Assembly: GCA_963848295.1 (NCBI GenBank)
Contig: CAWKDB010000002.1
Location: forward strand, 896,001 to 960,000
Reading direction: 5' to 3'
From: an uncultured delta proteobacterium
GTDB lineage: Bacteria; Myxococcota_A; Polyangia; Haliangiales; Haliangiaceae
Length of the DNA: 64,000 bases
In this document: positions 22,013 through 31,942 of the stretch, piece after piece
Numbering within the stretch: the first letter of the stretch is position 1
Layout of the letters: every line of letters begins with the position of its first letter
The notes under the pieces: model-generated
What the model saw: the letters and a program-made list of their open reading frames with translations, nothing else
Database searches by the model: none
What the model was told of the DNA's origin: nothing
Program-made: the position numbers and the translations under genes

Positions 22013-25000
22013 TTAGCGCTTCGCGGGACCCTTGCCGATGCCGGACGCATGCGGCCCAGGACCGGCCGGTGTCTTCGTGCCAGGGGTGGCCGTCGTCGCG
22101 ACGCCGCCCGCGCTACCGCCGCCCGCCGGTGTGGCGCCGCCGGTGGCGCCGGCGCCGACGCTACCGCCGACGCTGACGTCGCCCGCACCGCTGCCGGCGC
22201 CCGAGATCCGGTCTTCGACCATCTCCTGGGCTTCGCTGCGACCCGCCGCCGCCGGATCCGCGACGGCGCCCTGGACGGTCTGGGCCTCGCCCACCGTCGA
22301 AGCGACCCCCGGATCGCGTTCGGCGACCTCGTCGCTTGCGATCCCGGTGCCGACGCCTTCGGCGGCGCCCTGCGGGTTCTCGACCGCGCCGTGGACCTGT
22401 TCGCCGCGGCTGCGCGCTTCTTCAGCGGTCGCGAACTGCTCGGAATAGCCGCTGCTGTCGATCGCTTGGCTGCCCGCCGCTTCGCCAGGGTTCGAGTAGA
22501 TCGACTCTGCGGTCGACACTTGTGCCGGCGGGGTCGCGTAGCTCGCCGCACCGCTGGTCGGATCGGGAGCCGACGGCGCCGAGGTCGAAGGCGTCATCGG
22601 CGTGCCTGGCAGGTAATCCCCGGCGGACGGCATGCCTGGAGCCGATGGAGCGGATGGCTGCGACGGTACATCGGGCATCGATGCGCCACTCGAATAGCTC
22701 GCTCCCGATGCGCCCACGCTCGCGCTGCCGGAGTAGCCGCCACTCGGATCCGACGGTGCGCTCGGCGCGGCTGGGGCGGCTGGTGCCGACGGTGCGTCGA
22801 CGCCGCCGCCCGCGCTCGCTGAACCACCGACGCCTGCGCCGCCGCTCGGAGCCGACGGAGCGTTTGGAGCCGAGCCGCTCGGCACATCAGCGCTCGCTGA
22901 ACCGCCAACGGCGGCGCCGCCGCTCGGTGTGATCGCGCTCGGGTCGGTAGGCGCGCTCGCGCTGCCGCCGCCTGCGCCGCCGGTCGCCGCGCCACCCGTA
23001 GTTGCTGTCGAACCAGCCGGCGACGACGCCTTCGATCCTGCGCTCGAGCTACTCGCGCTGTCGCTGTCGGCCGCCGAGGCGCCCGCGGTCGATTGCTTCG
23101 ATTGCGCTCCGCCGTCGGCGCGCTGGCCACCGCCGCTCGACGTGCCTCCGCTCGCTTTCGCCGAGCCAGTCGCGGTCTGCTTGTCGCCACCCGAGCTCTG
23201 GTCAGACGTGCCGGTCGATCCGCTGCCGCTCGCCGACTTGCCGCTCGTGCCCGCGTCACTCGACTTGCTGCTCGTATCGCCGCCGCCCGTATCGCCGCCG
23301 CCCGTCGTCGTGCCCCGGCCGCCGCTGACCGACGAGCCGTCGCTGCTCGACGACCCGCCGCCGCTCGTCGACTTGCTGCCGCTCGCCGACCCGCTGCCGC
23401 TCGCCGACTTGCCGCTCGTGCCCGCGTCGCTCGACTTGCTGCTCGTGTCGCCGCCGCCCGTCGTCGTGCCCCGGCCGCCGCTGACCGACGAGCCATCGCC
23501 GCTCGTCGAGCCGTCGCCGCTCGACGACCCGCTGCCGCTCGCCGACCCGCTGCCGCTCGCCGACTTGCCGCTCGTGCCCGCGTCACTCGACTTGCTGCTC
23601 GTGTCGCCGCCGCCCGTCGTCGCGCCCCGGCCGCCGCTGACCGACGAGCCGTCGCCGCTCGCCGACCCGCTGCCGCTCGCCGACCCGCTGCCGCTCGTCG
23701 ACTTGCCGCTCGTGCCCGCGTCACTCGACTTGCTGCTCGTGTCGCCGCCGCCGCTGACCGACGAGCCGTCGCCGCTCGACGACCCGCTGCCGCTCGCCGA
23801 CTTGCCGCTCGTGCCCGCGTCACTCGACTTGCTGCTCGTGTCGCCGCCGCCCGTCGTCGTGCCCCGGCCGCCGCTGACCGACGAGCCGCTGGTCGATGAG
23901 CCGCCGCCGGTCGAAGTGCCGCCGCTGACTGACGAGCCGCTGGTCGATGAGCCGCCGCTGGTCGAAGTGCCGCCGCTGACTGACGAGCCACTCGTAGACG
24001 ACGACGAGGACGACGACGAGCCGCCACTCGTGGACGACGACGACGAGCCGCCACTCGTGGACGACGACGACGAGCCGCCACTCGTGGACGACGACGACGA
24101 GCCGCCACTCGTGGACGACGACGACGAGCCGCCACTCGTGGACGACGACGACGAGCCGCCACTCGTGGACGACGACGACGAGCCGCCACTCGTGGACGAC
24201 GACGAGCCGCCACTCGTAGACGATGAGCTCGAGCCACCACCGCCACCACCACCGCCGCGCGTCTGTTCCTGGATCTGATCCTTGACCGTCTCGGCGGAGA
24301 TCGCCGCGAGCGAGCCCGCCCCCGAGCCCGAAACCTGCGAGGCCGGGCTGTTCGAGACGTTGATCTGGATCTGCGATCCGGAGATCGTGATCTCGCCCGA
24401 GGCTTTGAGCCCGAACGTCGAGGCCGCGTGCGACAGCACCTGCTGACCCGAACCGCTCAGCGTCTCGCTCGTGCCGAGCTTGAGCGCGTTCGAGTGCATG
24501 ATCACGTTCTGCTTCGCCTTGACCTCGATGTCGCCATCGCACTCGATCTTGATCAGCTTGTTCGCCGAATCGAGCACGATCTTGTTCTTCTTCGTGCTGT
24601 CGACGATCGTGACGGTCTCGCTGCCGTCCTTATCGTCGAAGATCACGCGGTGACCGGCCCGCGACTTGATCAGCTTCGTGTTGTTCTTACCGCTCTGGTT
24701 GTTCTCGACCGGCTCTTGCTGGTTATTCCACAGCGATCCGATCACGATCGGCTTGTCGATCAACCCGTGCTCGAACACGACGAGCACCTGGTCGTCGACC
24801 TCGGGCAAGTAGTAGGTGCCGCGGTCGCCACCGGCCATCGGTACCGCGATCCGCGCCCAGTACGTGCTCTCGTCCGCATTGAGCCACGGCATCTTGATCT
24901 TGACGCGGTAGCCGGGGTTGCCGTCGCCGTCGACGTTATCGACGACGACCGCGAGATAGACGCCGCGCATCTTCGCGGCGCGCATCGCCGTCGGCACCGG

Positions 25001-25024
25001 GCGATCTACGGGGATAAAGCTCAC
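22013..25024 (-). CDS. gp5/baseplate-assembly-V spike protein with long Ser/Gly/Ala-rich repetitive extension
   Basis: OB-fold 'YRVKIKMPW...WARIAVPMAGGDRGTYYLPEVDDQVLVVFEHG...PIVIGSLWN', 'KSRAGHRVIFDD'; about 750 aa low-complexity tail. Confidence 0.92.
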   Translation of the reverse strand: MSFIPVDRPVPTAMRAAKMRGVYLAVVVDNVDGDGNPGYRVKIKMPWLNADESTYWARIAVPMAGGDRGTYYLPEVDDQVLVVFEHGLIDKPIVIGSLWNNQQEPVENNQSGKNNTKLIKSRAGHRVIFDDKDGSETVTIVDSTKKNKIVLDSANKLIKIECDGDIEVKAKQNVIMHSNALKLGTSETLSGSGQQVLSHAASTFGLKASGEITISGSQIQINVSNSPASQVSGSGAGSLAAISAETVKDQIQEQTRGGGGGGGGSSSSSTSGGSSSSTSGGSSSSSTSGGSSSSSTSGGSSSSSTSGGSSSSSTSGGSSSSSTSGGSSSSSTSGGSSSSSSSSTSGSSVSGGTSTSGGSSTSGSSVSGGTSTGGGSSTSGSSVSGGRGTTTGGGDTSSKSSDAGTSGKSASGSGSSSGDGSSVSGGGDTSSKSSDAGTSGKSTSGSGSASGSGSASGDGSSVSGGRGATTGGGDTSSKSSDAGTSGKSASGSGSASGSGSSSGDGSTSGDGSSVSGGRGTTTGGGDTSSKSSDAGTSGKSASGSGSASGSKSTSGGGSSSSDGSSVSGGRGTTTGGGDTGGGDTSSKSSDAGTSGKSASGSGSTGTSDQSSGGDKQTATGSAKASGGTSSGGGQRADGGAQSKQSTAGASAADSDSASSSSAGSKASSPAGSTATTGGAATGGAGGGSASAPTDPSAITPSGGAAVGGSASADVPSGSAPNAPSAPSGGAGVGGSASAGGGVDAPSAPAAPAAPSAPSDPSGGYSGSASVGASGASYSSGASMPDVPSQPSAPSAPGMPSAGDYLPGTPMTPSTSAPSAPDPTSGAASYATPPAQVSTAESIYSNPGEAAGSQAIDSSGYSEQFATAEEARSRGEQVHGAVENPQGAAEGVGTGIASDEVAERDPGVASTVGEAQTVQGAVADPAAAGRSEAQEMVEDRISGAGSGAGDVSVGGSVGAGATGGATPAGGGSAGGVATTATPGTKTPAGPGPHASGIGKGPAKR
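23220..24235. repeat. Nested tandem repeats within the spike gene
   Basis: Eight copies of a 27-nt unit (GAGCCGCCACTCGT core at 24018-24217) and five copies of a unit encoding GGGDTSSKSSDAGTSGKS. Confidence 0.9.
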
Positions 25025-25028
25025 GCGA

Positions 25029-25751
25029 TCACCCGATGTTGATCTTCGATCCGTCGTAGTTGCTCGGCGAGCCCGACGTGAGCTTCAGCGCCGAGCTGCC
25101 GTCCATCTTGATCTCGCCGCCGGCTTTGACGTCGATCGTCGTCTTCGCATTGATCTTGATGTTCTGTTCGGCCGTGACTTTCAGCGCGCCGTTCTTGCAG
25201 GTGATTTGCATCTTGCCCTCCATCGTGGAGATCGAGACGCCGGTATCACCCGACATGGGCGGCTTGTAGACCGCGCACACGTTCGGCCCCGCACCGTCGG
25301 ACGCGAAGTTGCCGATGCCGATCATGTTCTTGCCGGTCTTGTCGGCGAACACGACCTTGATCTTGCCCGAGTCCTCGAGCAGCATGCGATGGCCGCTGCG
25401 GCTGCGATAACCCCGGAAGTTGTTCTTGCCGTCTTCGTTGGTCTCGGGCGAGAAGTCCGTCGTGCTCCACACGCCGCCGAGCACGACCGGCTGGGTGTAG
25501 TCGCCGGAGATGAACATCACGACGACGACGTCGTCGATATCGGGCAGCGTGTACCAGCCGAACTTCTTGCCGCTCATCGGCGTGACCAGCTGGGCCCAGT
25601 GCGTCTGATCGACGTCGCCGCCGTCGATCCACGGGAAGCGAACCTTGATGCGATCGAGGTTGTCCGGATCCTGATTCTGGCAGACCACCCCGAACTGCAG
25701 TCCGTACTGGACGTTGTCGAGGGATTCGCGGCGTGGTCCGCCGGCGCGCAC
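25029..25751 (-). CDS. Second gp5/baseplate-assembly-V spike protein
   Basis: 'QDPDNLDRIKVRFPW...WAQLVTPMSG...LPDIDDVVVVMFISGD...PVVLGGVW', 'SRSGHRMLLED', beta-helix-like C-terminus. Confidence 0.9.
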   Translation of the reverse strand: MRAGGPRRESLDNVQYGLQFGVVCQNQDPDNLDRIKVRFPWIDGGDVDQTHWAQLVTPMSGKKFGWYTLPDIDDVVVVMFISGDYTQPVVLGGVWSTTDFSPETNEDGKNNFRGYRSRSGHRMLLEDSGKIKVVFADKTGKNMIGIGNFASDGAGPNVCAVYKPPMSGDTGVSISTMEGKMQITCKNGALKVTAEQNIKINAKTTIDVKAGGEIKMDGSSALKLTSGSPSNYDGSKINIG

Positions 25752-26812
25752 TAGCCCGCCTCTTGCGCATCTCGCGCGAGCCGCAAGGTCGTCGTATAGC
25801 CCCCGTCCTTCGACTTGTTCGCGCTGTGCCGATGGGTGAGGCCCATGATGTAGTATTTGCCGTTAAACGGATCGCCGCCGGCGTTGTTCGAGTTCGCCGT
25901 GATCGTGATGACCTTGCCGAGATCGAACGCGGGGGTGCCGGTCACCTCGGCTTCGCCGGTGACGTAGTTCATCGACAGGTCGACGAGGCGCGCCTTCGCG
26001 AGCGCATCGGCCTCTTCCTTGCTCCACACCGGCTGATCGACGAGGAACGTCTCTTCGTCGCCGAGCGAGTTCGACGCGTCGGTCGCGGTTTGCTTGCCGA
26101 GCTTCGATCCATCGGGTGACGCCTCACCGGTGATCAGCTCCTTGGTCTCGGGGTTCCACGCCTTGACCGTGACCTTCTTGACGACCGTGTGCGATGACAG
26201 CCGCGGCGTGAACGAGCGCAGCTGTTCGCCTTGGCTCGATTGGTCGACGGTGAGGGTGATGTTGAGCTCTTCCCACTGCGGCTGCTTGCAGTGGACGGTG
26301 TCGCCGATGCACCACACGTGGCAGCCCATGCGAGCCGCGCGCATCCGCAGGAACTCGAGGTCGCTGAGGTTGTGCTGGTAGACGTGCTTGTACGTGATCG
26401 ACTTTTCGTGCTTCCAGTCGAGCGTCAGCCCGGAATCGCCGACGACCTGGCTCAGGATCGCCTCGTCGGTCTTGTCGGTGAACGTCAGCGACTTCCGCTT
26501 GCGCAGCAGGCGGTGCAGCTTGTTCATGCAGCGGATCGTGATCCGCGACTTCTCGCCGCCCTTGTAGACCGGCTCGACCCCGACGATGTCGCCGGAGTAG
26601 ACCAGCGTACCCGGCTTCGCGCCGACCTTGATCTCGACCTTGTCGCCGACCTTCTGGACCGAGTAGGTGTCGCCTTGGTTCGACAGTACGATCCGCGCCA
26701 TGTCCGGTTGGTACATGTCGCGATCGACCGTGTACCCCAGGAAGTGATCGTCCGGCACCTGCTTGCCGTTGAGGTAGATATCGACGTTTGGTGATGCTGC
26801 GAGGTTCGCCAC
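25751..26812 (-). CDS. gp27-like hub / phage late control D protein (VgrG N-terminal half)
   Basis: 'VYSGDIVGVEP', 'QHNLSDLEFLRMRAARMG', 'VTVKAWNPETKE', 'FNGKYYIMGLTH'. Confidence 0.92.
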   Translation of the reverse strand: MANLAASPNVDIYLNGKQVPDDHFLGYTVDRDMYQPDMARIVLSNQGDTYSVQKVGDKVEIKVGAKPGTLVYSGDIVGVEPVYKGGEKSRITIRCMNKLHRLLRKRKSLTFTDKTDEAILSQVVGDSGLTLDWKHEKSITYKHVYQHNLSDLEFLRMRAARMGCHVWCIGDTVHCKQPQWEELNITLTVDQSSQGEQLRSFTPRLSSHTVVKKVTVKAWNPETKELITGEASPDGSKLGKQTATDASNSLGDEETFLVDQPVWSKEEADALAKARLVDLSMNYVTGEAEVTGTPAFDLGKVITITANSNNAGGDPFNGKYYIMGLTHRHSANKSKDGGYTTTLRLARDAQEAG

Positions 26813-26815
26813 TGG

Positions 26816-27463
26816 CTAGCCCCCGCCCCCGGGAGCTGGAGCGCCGCCTGGGGCCGAACCGCCACTCGGCGCTGTCCCCCCGCCTGGCGTTGGCGCGCCG
26901 CCGCCCGGACTCGCCGCCCCCGCCGCCTTCGCAGCGGACACGACATCGGCTTCCTTGAGCTTGACCGTGCAGGTCGCGCGCAACGGCACGCCGTCGGTCG
27001 TCATCATCGTGTACTTCGTCGACAGCGACTCGATCACGCAGCGGAACGTCGGCATGCCCGAGCCCCAGACCACCACGCAAAGACGCGGCCGACGCTTGTT
27101 CTCGTCGGTCGACGTCGGGTCGATGACCGAGGCCAGCGTCTCGAGGTCCGCGATCGCTTGACTCACCGTCTTCTTGCCCGCCATCCCGCCGGTCTCGTAG
27201 CCGTCGAACAGCATGTCGACGCTCATCGAGCGGCCTTCGGCGCCGGTGAACTCGAGGTGGATGCCGTTGTTGTTCGCCTGGTTCGCCTGGTTGACCTTGT
27301 TCCACGGGATGTTCTTGTCGACCTGCAGCTCTTTCGGGTTGTAGTGCGCCTCGACGTGCAACCCATTTGGCATCGCGCCATCCGGGTCCGTGTCGAGACT
27401 TCCGATCGTGAGCTTTGCCGTGGCAGGCTGAAATGGCGCGGTCGGCGTGGTCGATTGAGTCAT
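26816..27463 (-). CDS. CIS tube-initiator protein (Afp7-like), no LysM visible
   Basis: 'YNPKELQVDKNIPW...LEFTGAEGRSMSVDMLFD...VVWG...CVIESLSTKYTM...DGVPLRATCTVKLKE'. Confidence 0.85.
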   Translation of the reverse strand: MTQSTTPTAPFQPATAKLTIGSLDTDPDGAMPNGLHVEAHYNPKELQVDKNIPWNKVNQANQANNNGIHLEFTGAEGRSMSVDMLFDGYETGGMAGKKTVSQAIADLETLASVIDPTSTDENKRRPRLCVVVWGSGMPTFRCVIESLSTKYTMMTTDGVPLRATCTVKLKEADVVSAAKAAGAASPGGGAPTPGGGTAPSGGSAPGGAPAPGGGG

Positions 27464-30400
27464 ATGTGCGGCTCCCCGTTACGTGCGCGCGCGACGTCCA
27501 TGAGCGCGAGCACTTCGCGATAGACGTCATTCGCGATGCGATCGACGTCGACTTGTTGATCCGAGGCCTGGGTTCCCGACGGCGCGGCAAGCGGCGGCGC
27601 TGCACTCGACGGCGAGCGCGTCGAGGCTGCGATCTGCGTCGCCGGAGCCGAGCTGACGAGCGTGAGCTCGGCGAGCGAGATGCCATCCGACGGCGCGCTG
27701 CGAGCTTCGAGCATCTTGCGTGCGGCCGCCTCGAACCACGGCGGGATTTCGACCTCGCCGCCGCCATGACGCCCGGTAGGCCGGCCGGTGCGAACGAACT
27801 CGTTCGCGGCGGTGGGCACGCGCGACATCGCGCCGGCCGAGGACGACGACGATGAGGTTGACGACGACAAAGAAGACGACGCCCCCTGCGCGGCGGGCGG
27901 AGCGACGTACGACGCGAGCGCTTCACCGGCGCGTGCCGACAGCACGCTGAGGCCAGGCCGTGCATCGGCGCCGAGCGTTTCGCCGCGCACGAACGCGGGC
28001 TCGAAGCTGCGCTGGCGGCTCGCGGTCGTCGTGCGGTCGGCGGCGGCGACGCGAGCATCGTGCTCGGCGGCTTGGCCGGTCGACAGCGTTTCGTCGCCAA
28101 CGCCGATCACGACCGGCAGCACATCCCACGCGATCGCGGCGCGTTCGCGGGGTGACAACACATCGTCACCGCGGCCCGCCAGCGCGAGCGCGCGCGCGGC
28201 GCGAGCAGCGGGTGCACTGGATCGCCCGAGCGTCGATTGGCTGAGCGCGAGATAGAGGGCCTCGAACTTCGCGCGCCGACCGGTCGGAACCAGCGACGCA
28301 GCGGCATCGAGCACGTCGGCTTCGGCCAGCTCGCGACGGCGGTCGCCACCGACGCGTGGGTCGGTCCTGAACGGCGAGGCCGCGCCGGACTTCGCAACGG
28401 TCGCGCCGGCGTTCGCAGCGGTCGCGCCGGCGTTCGCAGCGGTCGCGCCGGCGTTCGCAGCGGTCGCGCCGGCGTTCGCAGCGGTCGCGCCGGCGGTCGC
28501 AGCGGTCGCGCCGGCGGTCGCAGCCGTCGCGCCGGCGGTCGCAGCCGTCGCGCCGGCGGTCGCAGCCGTCGGGTCCGAAGGCGCGCCGAGTGTGCGCGGA
28601 TACGTGCCGAGCTCGACCACCGCTTGCGCCGCGAGCAACTCGAGCGCGGCGACCGACATCGAGTGCGCCCCGTCGGGAGCCGCGGCGGCCATTCCGAGCG
28701 CGCCGACGGTCGAAGCCGGCCACAGGAATGCGCCGCGCGGCATCCGGCGTGCGACGCCAAACGCCGTCGTCGCCGGCTGCGCGTCGGGCGGCTGCGCGTC
28801 GGGCGGTTGCGCCTCGGGCGGCCGCGCCTCGGGCGGCCGCGGCTCGCCTGCGTCGCCGACGGGATACGCGGTGATCGCGCGATCGCCGTGGCGCTGCGCG
28901 TCGAGCGCCATCATCTCGACGAACGTGCGATTGACCGTGCTCGCCATCGCGGACAGCTGGCCGGGGCCGACGAGCGACAACCGCGCCGCTTGCGCTGCTT
29001 CCGCCGGGCCGAGCCCGTAGACGCGGGCCGCGAGCACGAGCTCGGGCATCACGAAATCGAAGGCGAGGTCCGACGTCGAGCGCTCGTGCGCGACGGCGTA
29101 GCCCGCGGCGCGATCCGCCACCATACCCGGCGCGGCCCACGATGAACCGCCGGCGTCCGAGCCATCGCCGATCATCGGCTGGGTGAGCGTGTCGAGCATC
29201 GCGCGCGCGGCGGTCGGAGCAGGCGCGGACGTCGGTGCGGCAGCCCTAGCTGCCGGCGAGGCCTGCCAAGCGAGCAGCGCGCTGTGCAGCGCGAGCAACG
29301 GCGCATGCTCGATTTGTTCGCCGTGCACGGGGAGCGTCGGCGCCTGACCGGCGGCATCGCCGACGTCGACGGCCGGGGCAGCGGACTCGTCCCCAGAGAC
29401 ATACGTCGCCTCCCAGCTCCGCGCGCTCGGCGCATCCGCAGCGGCAACCTCGGTCGCGGGCGCCAGGAATCCGGTGAGATAACTCGCCGAGAGCTCACCG
29501 CCAAACAGCGCGCGCACGTCGAAGCTCGGCGCCGAGCCGATCGGCAGGACGTGGCGGAGTGCGGGCGCGAACGGCGACGACGCGAGTTGCGCCGAGAGAC
29601 CGGCGCCCGGTGCGCTCGGGACGGTGCGTGCGATCGCATCGGCGTGCGTGGCGCGATCCGCAGCGGGTGCGTCGATTCTCGGTGTCTGGGTCTGGGTCGG
29701 CGCGAACGGCTTGGCGGCCGCGGGACGCGGTGGAACCCGCGTGCGGCCAGCGGCCTGCGCGATCGAAGCAAACATGTCGTCCGGCGTCTCGGCATCGTCG
29801 GCGATCCGCACGGTCTGCGCGGCGGTCGGCGCGGCGTCCGGCGCGACGAACACGGCCGCCGGAGCCGAAGCGGCGAGCGCCCCGAGCGCGAGCGGCGCCG
29901 CGGTCGCGGGAAGAACAGGACCGACCGAACCGCCCGCGAGCGTGCGGAGCGTGCGCGGCGCAGCCCCGGCAAATCGCGCGAGCCAGCGATCGGCCCACGC
30001 GACGTGGCCGAGCGCGGCCGGCTTCGAGGCAGCGGTCGCCGCCAGCGCGGTGGCCGGTGGAGCTGATGCAGCGAACGGCAGCGGCAGGCGTGGCGCGCCG
30101 ATCGGCTGGCCGCCGGCACGTGACGGAGGCGTACGATCGATCATCGACACCAGGCCGCCGAGCCCGGCGGGCATGACAAGACGCGGTCCGCGCGAGGATT
30201 CGATCGTGCCGCCGGTGGCGGCGGTCATCGCGACGAGCTCGGCCGCGCGCAACGCATCGCCGAGCTCGCCGATCGCCTGCACCGCGCGATCCGGGCGCTG
30301 CGACAGGTAGCTCGCGAGGCCCGGCGGCAGCGCGGCGATCGCCTGCGCGAGCTCGCCCTGCCCCGCCGGCGCGATCGCCGCGGGTGTAGAGGCCGGTGCT

Positions 30401-31434
30401 CGCAGCGACTCCGGGCTGCGGCGGACATCGCGCGCGGCCGCATCGCGCGCGGCCGCATCGCGCGCCTGGTCATGCAACCGGGTCGTCTCGCGCCGCTGCT
30501 GCGATTCGCGGGTGTCGCGCGCGTCACTCGCGCGCTGCCGCAGCTCCGCTTCGATCCGTTGTTGCGCGGCGCTAGCCTGCGCGACCGCAGCCGCCGAGAT
30601 CGCGGCGCGCTGGACGTCGGCGACCCGCACGCGCTGAGCCGCGAGATCCTCGATCACGCGCTGATTCGATTCAGCCGGCGAACCTTCGGGCGAGGCGTCG
30701 TCGGGAGCCCGCGGGCTCGGCGGCGTCACGAGCTCGGGCGCGGCGAGCGACGTGCGCGTCGGAGCCACCTCGGTGGGCGAACCGGCGCGCTGCAGCAGGG
30801 TCGTTAGCAGCGAGCGCAAGCCCGGCGACGCCGAGGCCGACATCGTCGGGGATGCGAGCGGCGCCATCGCGCGCGACATCACCTCGGCCGCATTCGCGGC
30901 CGCGAACGGCACGAGCGGCGAGTACGCAGCACCCGACGCGTGGGGCGGCGCGACCGACAACGATGGCGCGATGTACTCGTGCAACGCCATCGGCACGTTG
31001 CTCGCGCGGGTCGCCGGCGAGACATACGTTCCGCGCGTGGTCAGGAGCGTCGGCGCTTCGTCGCTCGTCGCTTGCGCACCGGCGGCTTGACGCGCCGCCG
31101 CCATCCAATCGATCTCGTCCTGGTACCACGGCCGCGGGAACACCCACGACACCGGCTTGCCACCGTGCTCGTTGGCGCCGCTGGTCTGCATCTTCGAGAA
31201 CATCCGCAGCGACGGCGAGCGTTGCGCCGACTCGAGCCACGGCGTGACGAGGCGATCGACAAAGCCGAGCGTGCGCAGCGGCCGCACGCGTTGCGCGCCG
31301 GCTTCCGGAGCCCACCGCTCGGCGTGGCGATTCGCGACGTGCACCGCCGCTCCGCCGGCACGGGTCGCAAACGCAGGCGCTGCAAGCGCCGACGCTAGTG
31401 CCCGTGGTTCGCCGTCGTTTGATCCGGGCGCCAT
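27460..31434 (-). CDS. 1324-aa Ala/Pro-rich eCIS-associated protein
   Basis: Long ORF coupled to neighbours; C-terminal 'VDVDRIANDVYREVLALMDVARARNG' helix resembles ends of proteins preceding Afp7-like genes. Confidence 0.75.
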   Translation of the reverse strand: MAPGSNDGEPRALASALAAPAFATRAGGAAVHVANRHAERWAPEAGAQRVRPLRTLGFVDRLVTPWLESAQRSPSLRMFSKMQTSGANEHGGKPVSWVFPRPWYQDEIDWMAAARQAAGAQATSDEAPTLLTTRGTYVSPATRASNVPMALHEYIAPSLSVAPPHASGAAYSPLVPFAAANAAEVMSRAMAPLASPTMSASASPGLRSLLTTLLQRAGSPTEVAPTRTSLAAPELVTPPSPRAPDDASPEGSPAESNQRVIEDLAAQRVRVADVQRAAISAAAVAQASAAQQRIEAELRQRASDARDTRESQQRRETTRLHDQARDAAARDAAARDVRRSPESLRAPASTPAAIAPAGQGELAQAIAALPPGLASYLSQRPDRAVQAIGELGDALRAAELVAMTAATGGTIESSRGPRLVMPAGLGGLVSMIDRTPPSRAGGQPIGAPRLPLPFAASAPPATALAATAASKPAALGHVAWADRWLARFAGAAPRTLRTLAGGSVGPVLPATAAPLALGALAASAPAAVFVAPDAAPTAAQTVRIADDAETPDDMFASIAQAAGRTRVPPRPAAAKPFAPTQTQTPRIDAPAADRATHADAIARTVPSAPGAGLSAQLASSPFAPALRHVLPIGSAPSFDVRALFGGELSASYLTGFLAPATEVAAADAPSARSWEATYVSGDESAAPAVDVGDAAGQAPTLPVHGEQIEHAPLLALHSALLAWQASPAARAAAPTSAPAPTAARAMLDTLTQPMIGDGSDAGGSSWAAPGMVADRAAGYAVAHERSTSDLAFDFVMPELVLAARVYGLGPAEAAQAARLSLVGPGQLSAMASTVNRTFVEMMALDAQRHGDRAITAYPVGDAGEPRPPEARPPEAQPPDAQPPDAQPATTAFGVARRMPRGAFLWPASTVGALGMAAAAPDGAHSMSVAALELLAAQAVVELGTYPRTLGAPSDPTAATAGATAATAGATAATAGATAATAGATAANAGATAANAGATAANAGATAANAGATVAKSGAASPFRTDPRVGGDRRRELAEADVLDAAASLVPTGRRAKFEALYLALSQSTLGRSSAPAARAARALALAGRGDDVLSPRERAAIAWDVLPVVIGVGDETLSTGQAAEHDARVAAADRTTTASRQRSFEPAFVRGETLGADARPGLSVLSARAGEALASYVAPPAAQGASSSLSSSTSSSSSSAGAMSRVPTAANEFVRTGRPTGRHGGGEVEIPPWFEAAARKMLEARSAPSDGISLAELTLVSSAPATQIAASTRSPSSAAPPLAAPSGTQASDQQVDVDRIANDVYREVLALMDVARARNGEPHI
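28392..28570. repeat. 21-nt tandem repeat encoding TAATAGA x4 then TAANAGA x4
   Basis: Directly visible in DNA and in the translation. Confidence 0.9.
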
Positions 31435-31437
31435 GGC

Positions 31438-31923
31438 TCAGCCGAACTTGATCCCGTTGTGAGCGATCTCGAGCGTCTCGATCGAGAGCTCGCTCTTAGA
31501 AGCGTCGAACTCGGAGATCTCCCACTTGCACGGCCAGCCTTGGTAGAACGTCCAGGTCGCCCCGACCGGCTTCATCGCGGTGTTGAGCTGGACGATCGTG
31601 CCCGTGGGGATCCGGTACATCAGGCTAGGGTCGCCACTCAGCCAGTTCTGACGCCAGGTCAGCAACGCGCTCGACCCGGTGAACCCTTGCTTGAGCACGA
31701 TGTTCGACCACTTCGTCGAGCCGACCAGTTGGAACGTCGTGTCGTTCGCGCCGCCTTCTTTGACCGCGATCGTCTCGGTCTCGTAGCGCAGGCCGCTCAC
31801 GCTCTTGAAGAACGCATCGCCCGTTGTGCCGCCCTTGAGGTTGAGCTGAACCTTGAAGCAAAAGACGGGTAGCGGATCTCTGCGGTTCGCGGGGTTGTTG
31901 GGATCTGAGGGGGTGGTCGCCAT
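31438..31923 (-). CDS. Phage tail tube protein (T4 gp19 / Afp1-5 family)
   Basis: 'DPLPVFCFKV...FKSVSGL...KEGG...KWSNIVLKQG...WPCKW...DASKSELSIETLEIAH'; SD CAGGAG before ATG 31923. Confidence 0.93.
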   Translation of the reverse strand: MATTPSDPNNPANRRDPLPVFCFKVQLNLKGGTTGDAFFKSVSGLRYETETIAVKEGGANDTTFQLVGSTKWSNIVLKQGFTGSSALLTWRQNWLSGDPSLMYRIPTGTIVQLNTAMKPVGATWTFYQGWPCKWEISEFDASKSELSIETLEIAHNGIKFG

Positions 31924-31942
31924 GTCGTGCTCCTGGGAGGCT

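Noticed and set aside
23220..24235. CRISPR array
   Set aside because: Repeats are contiguous, in multiples of 3, inside a coding frame and lack unique spacers; no cas genes. The same applies to 28392-28570 and 2680-2825.
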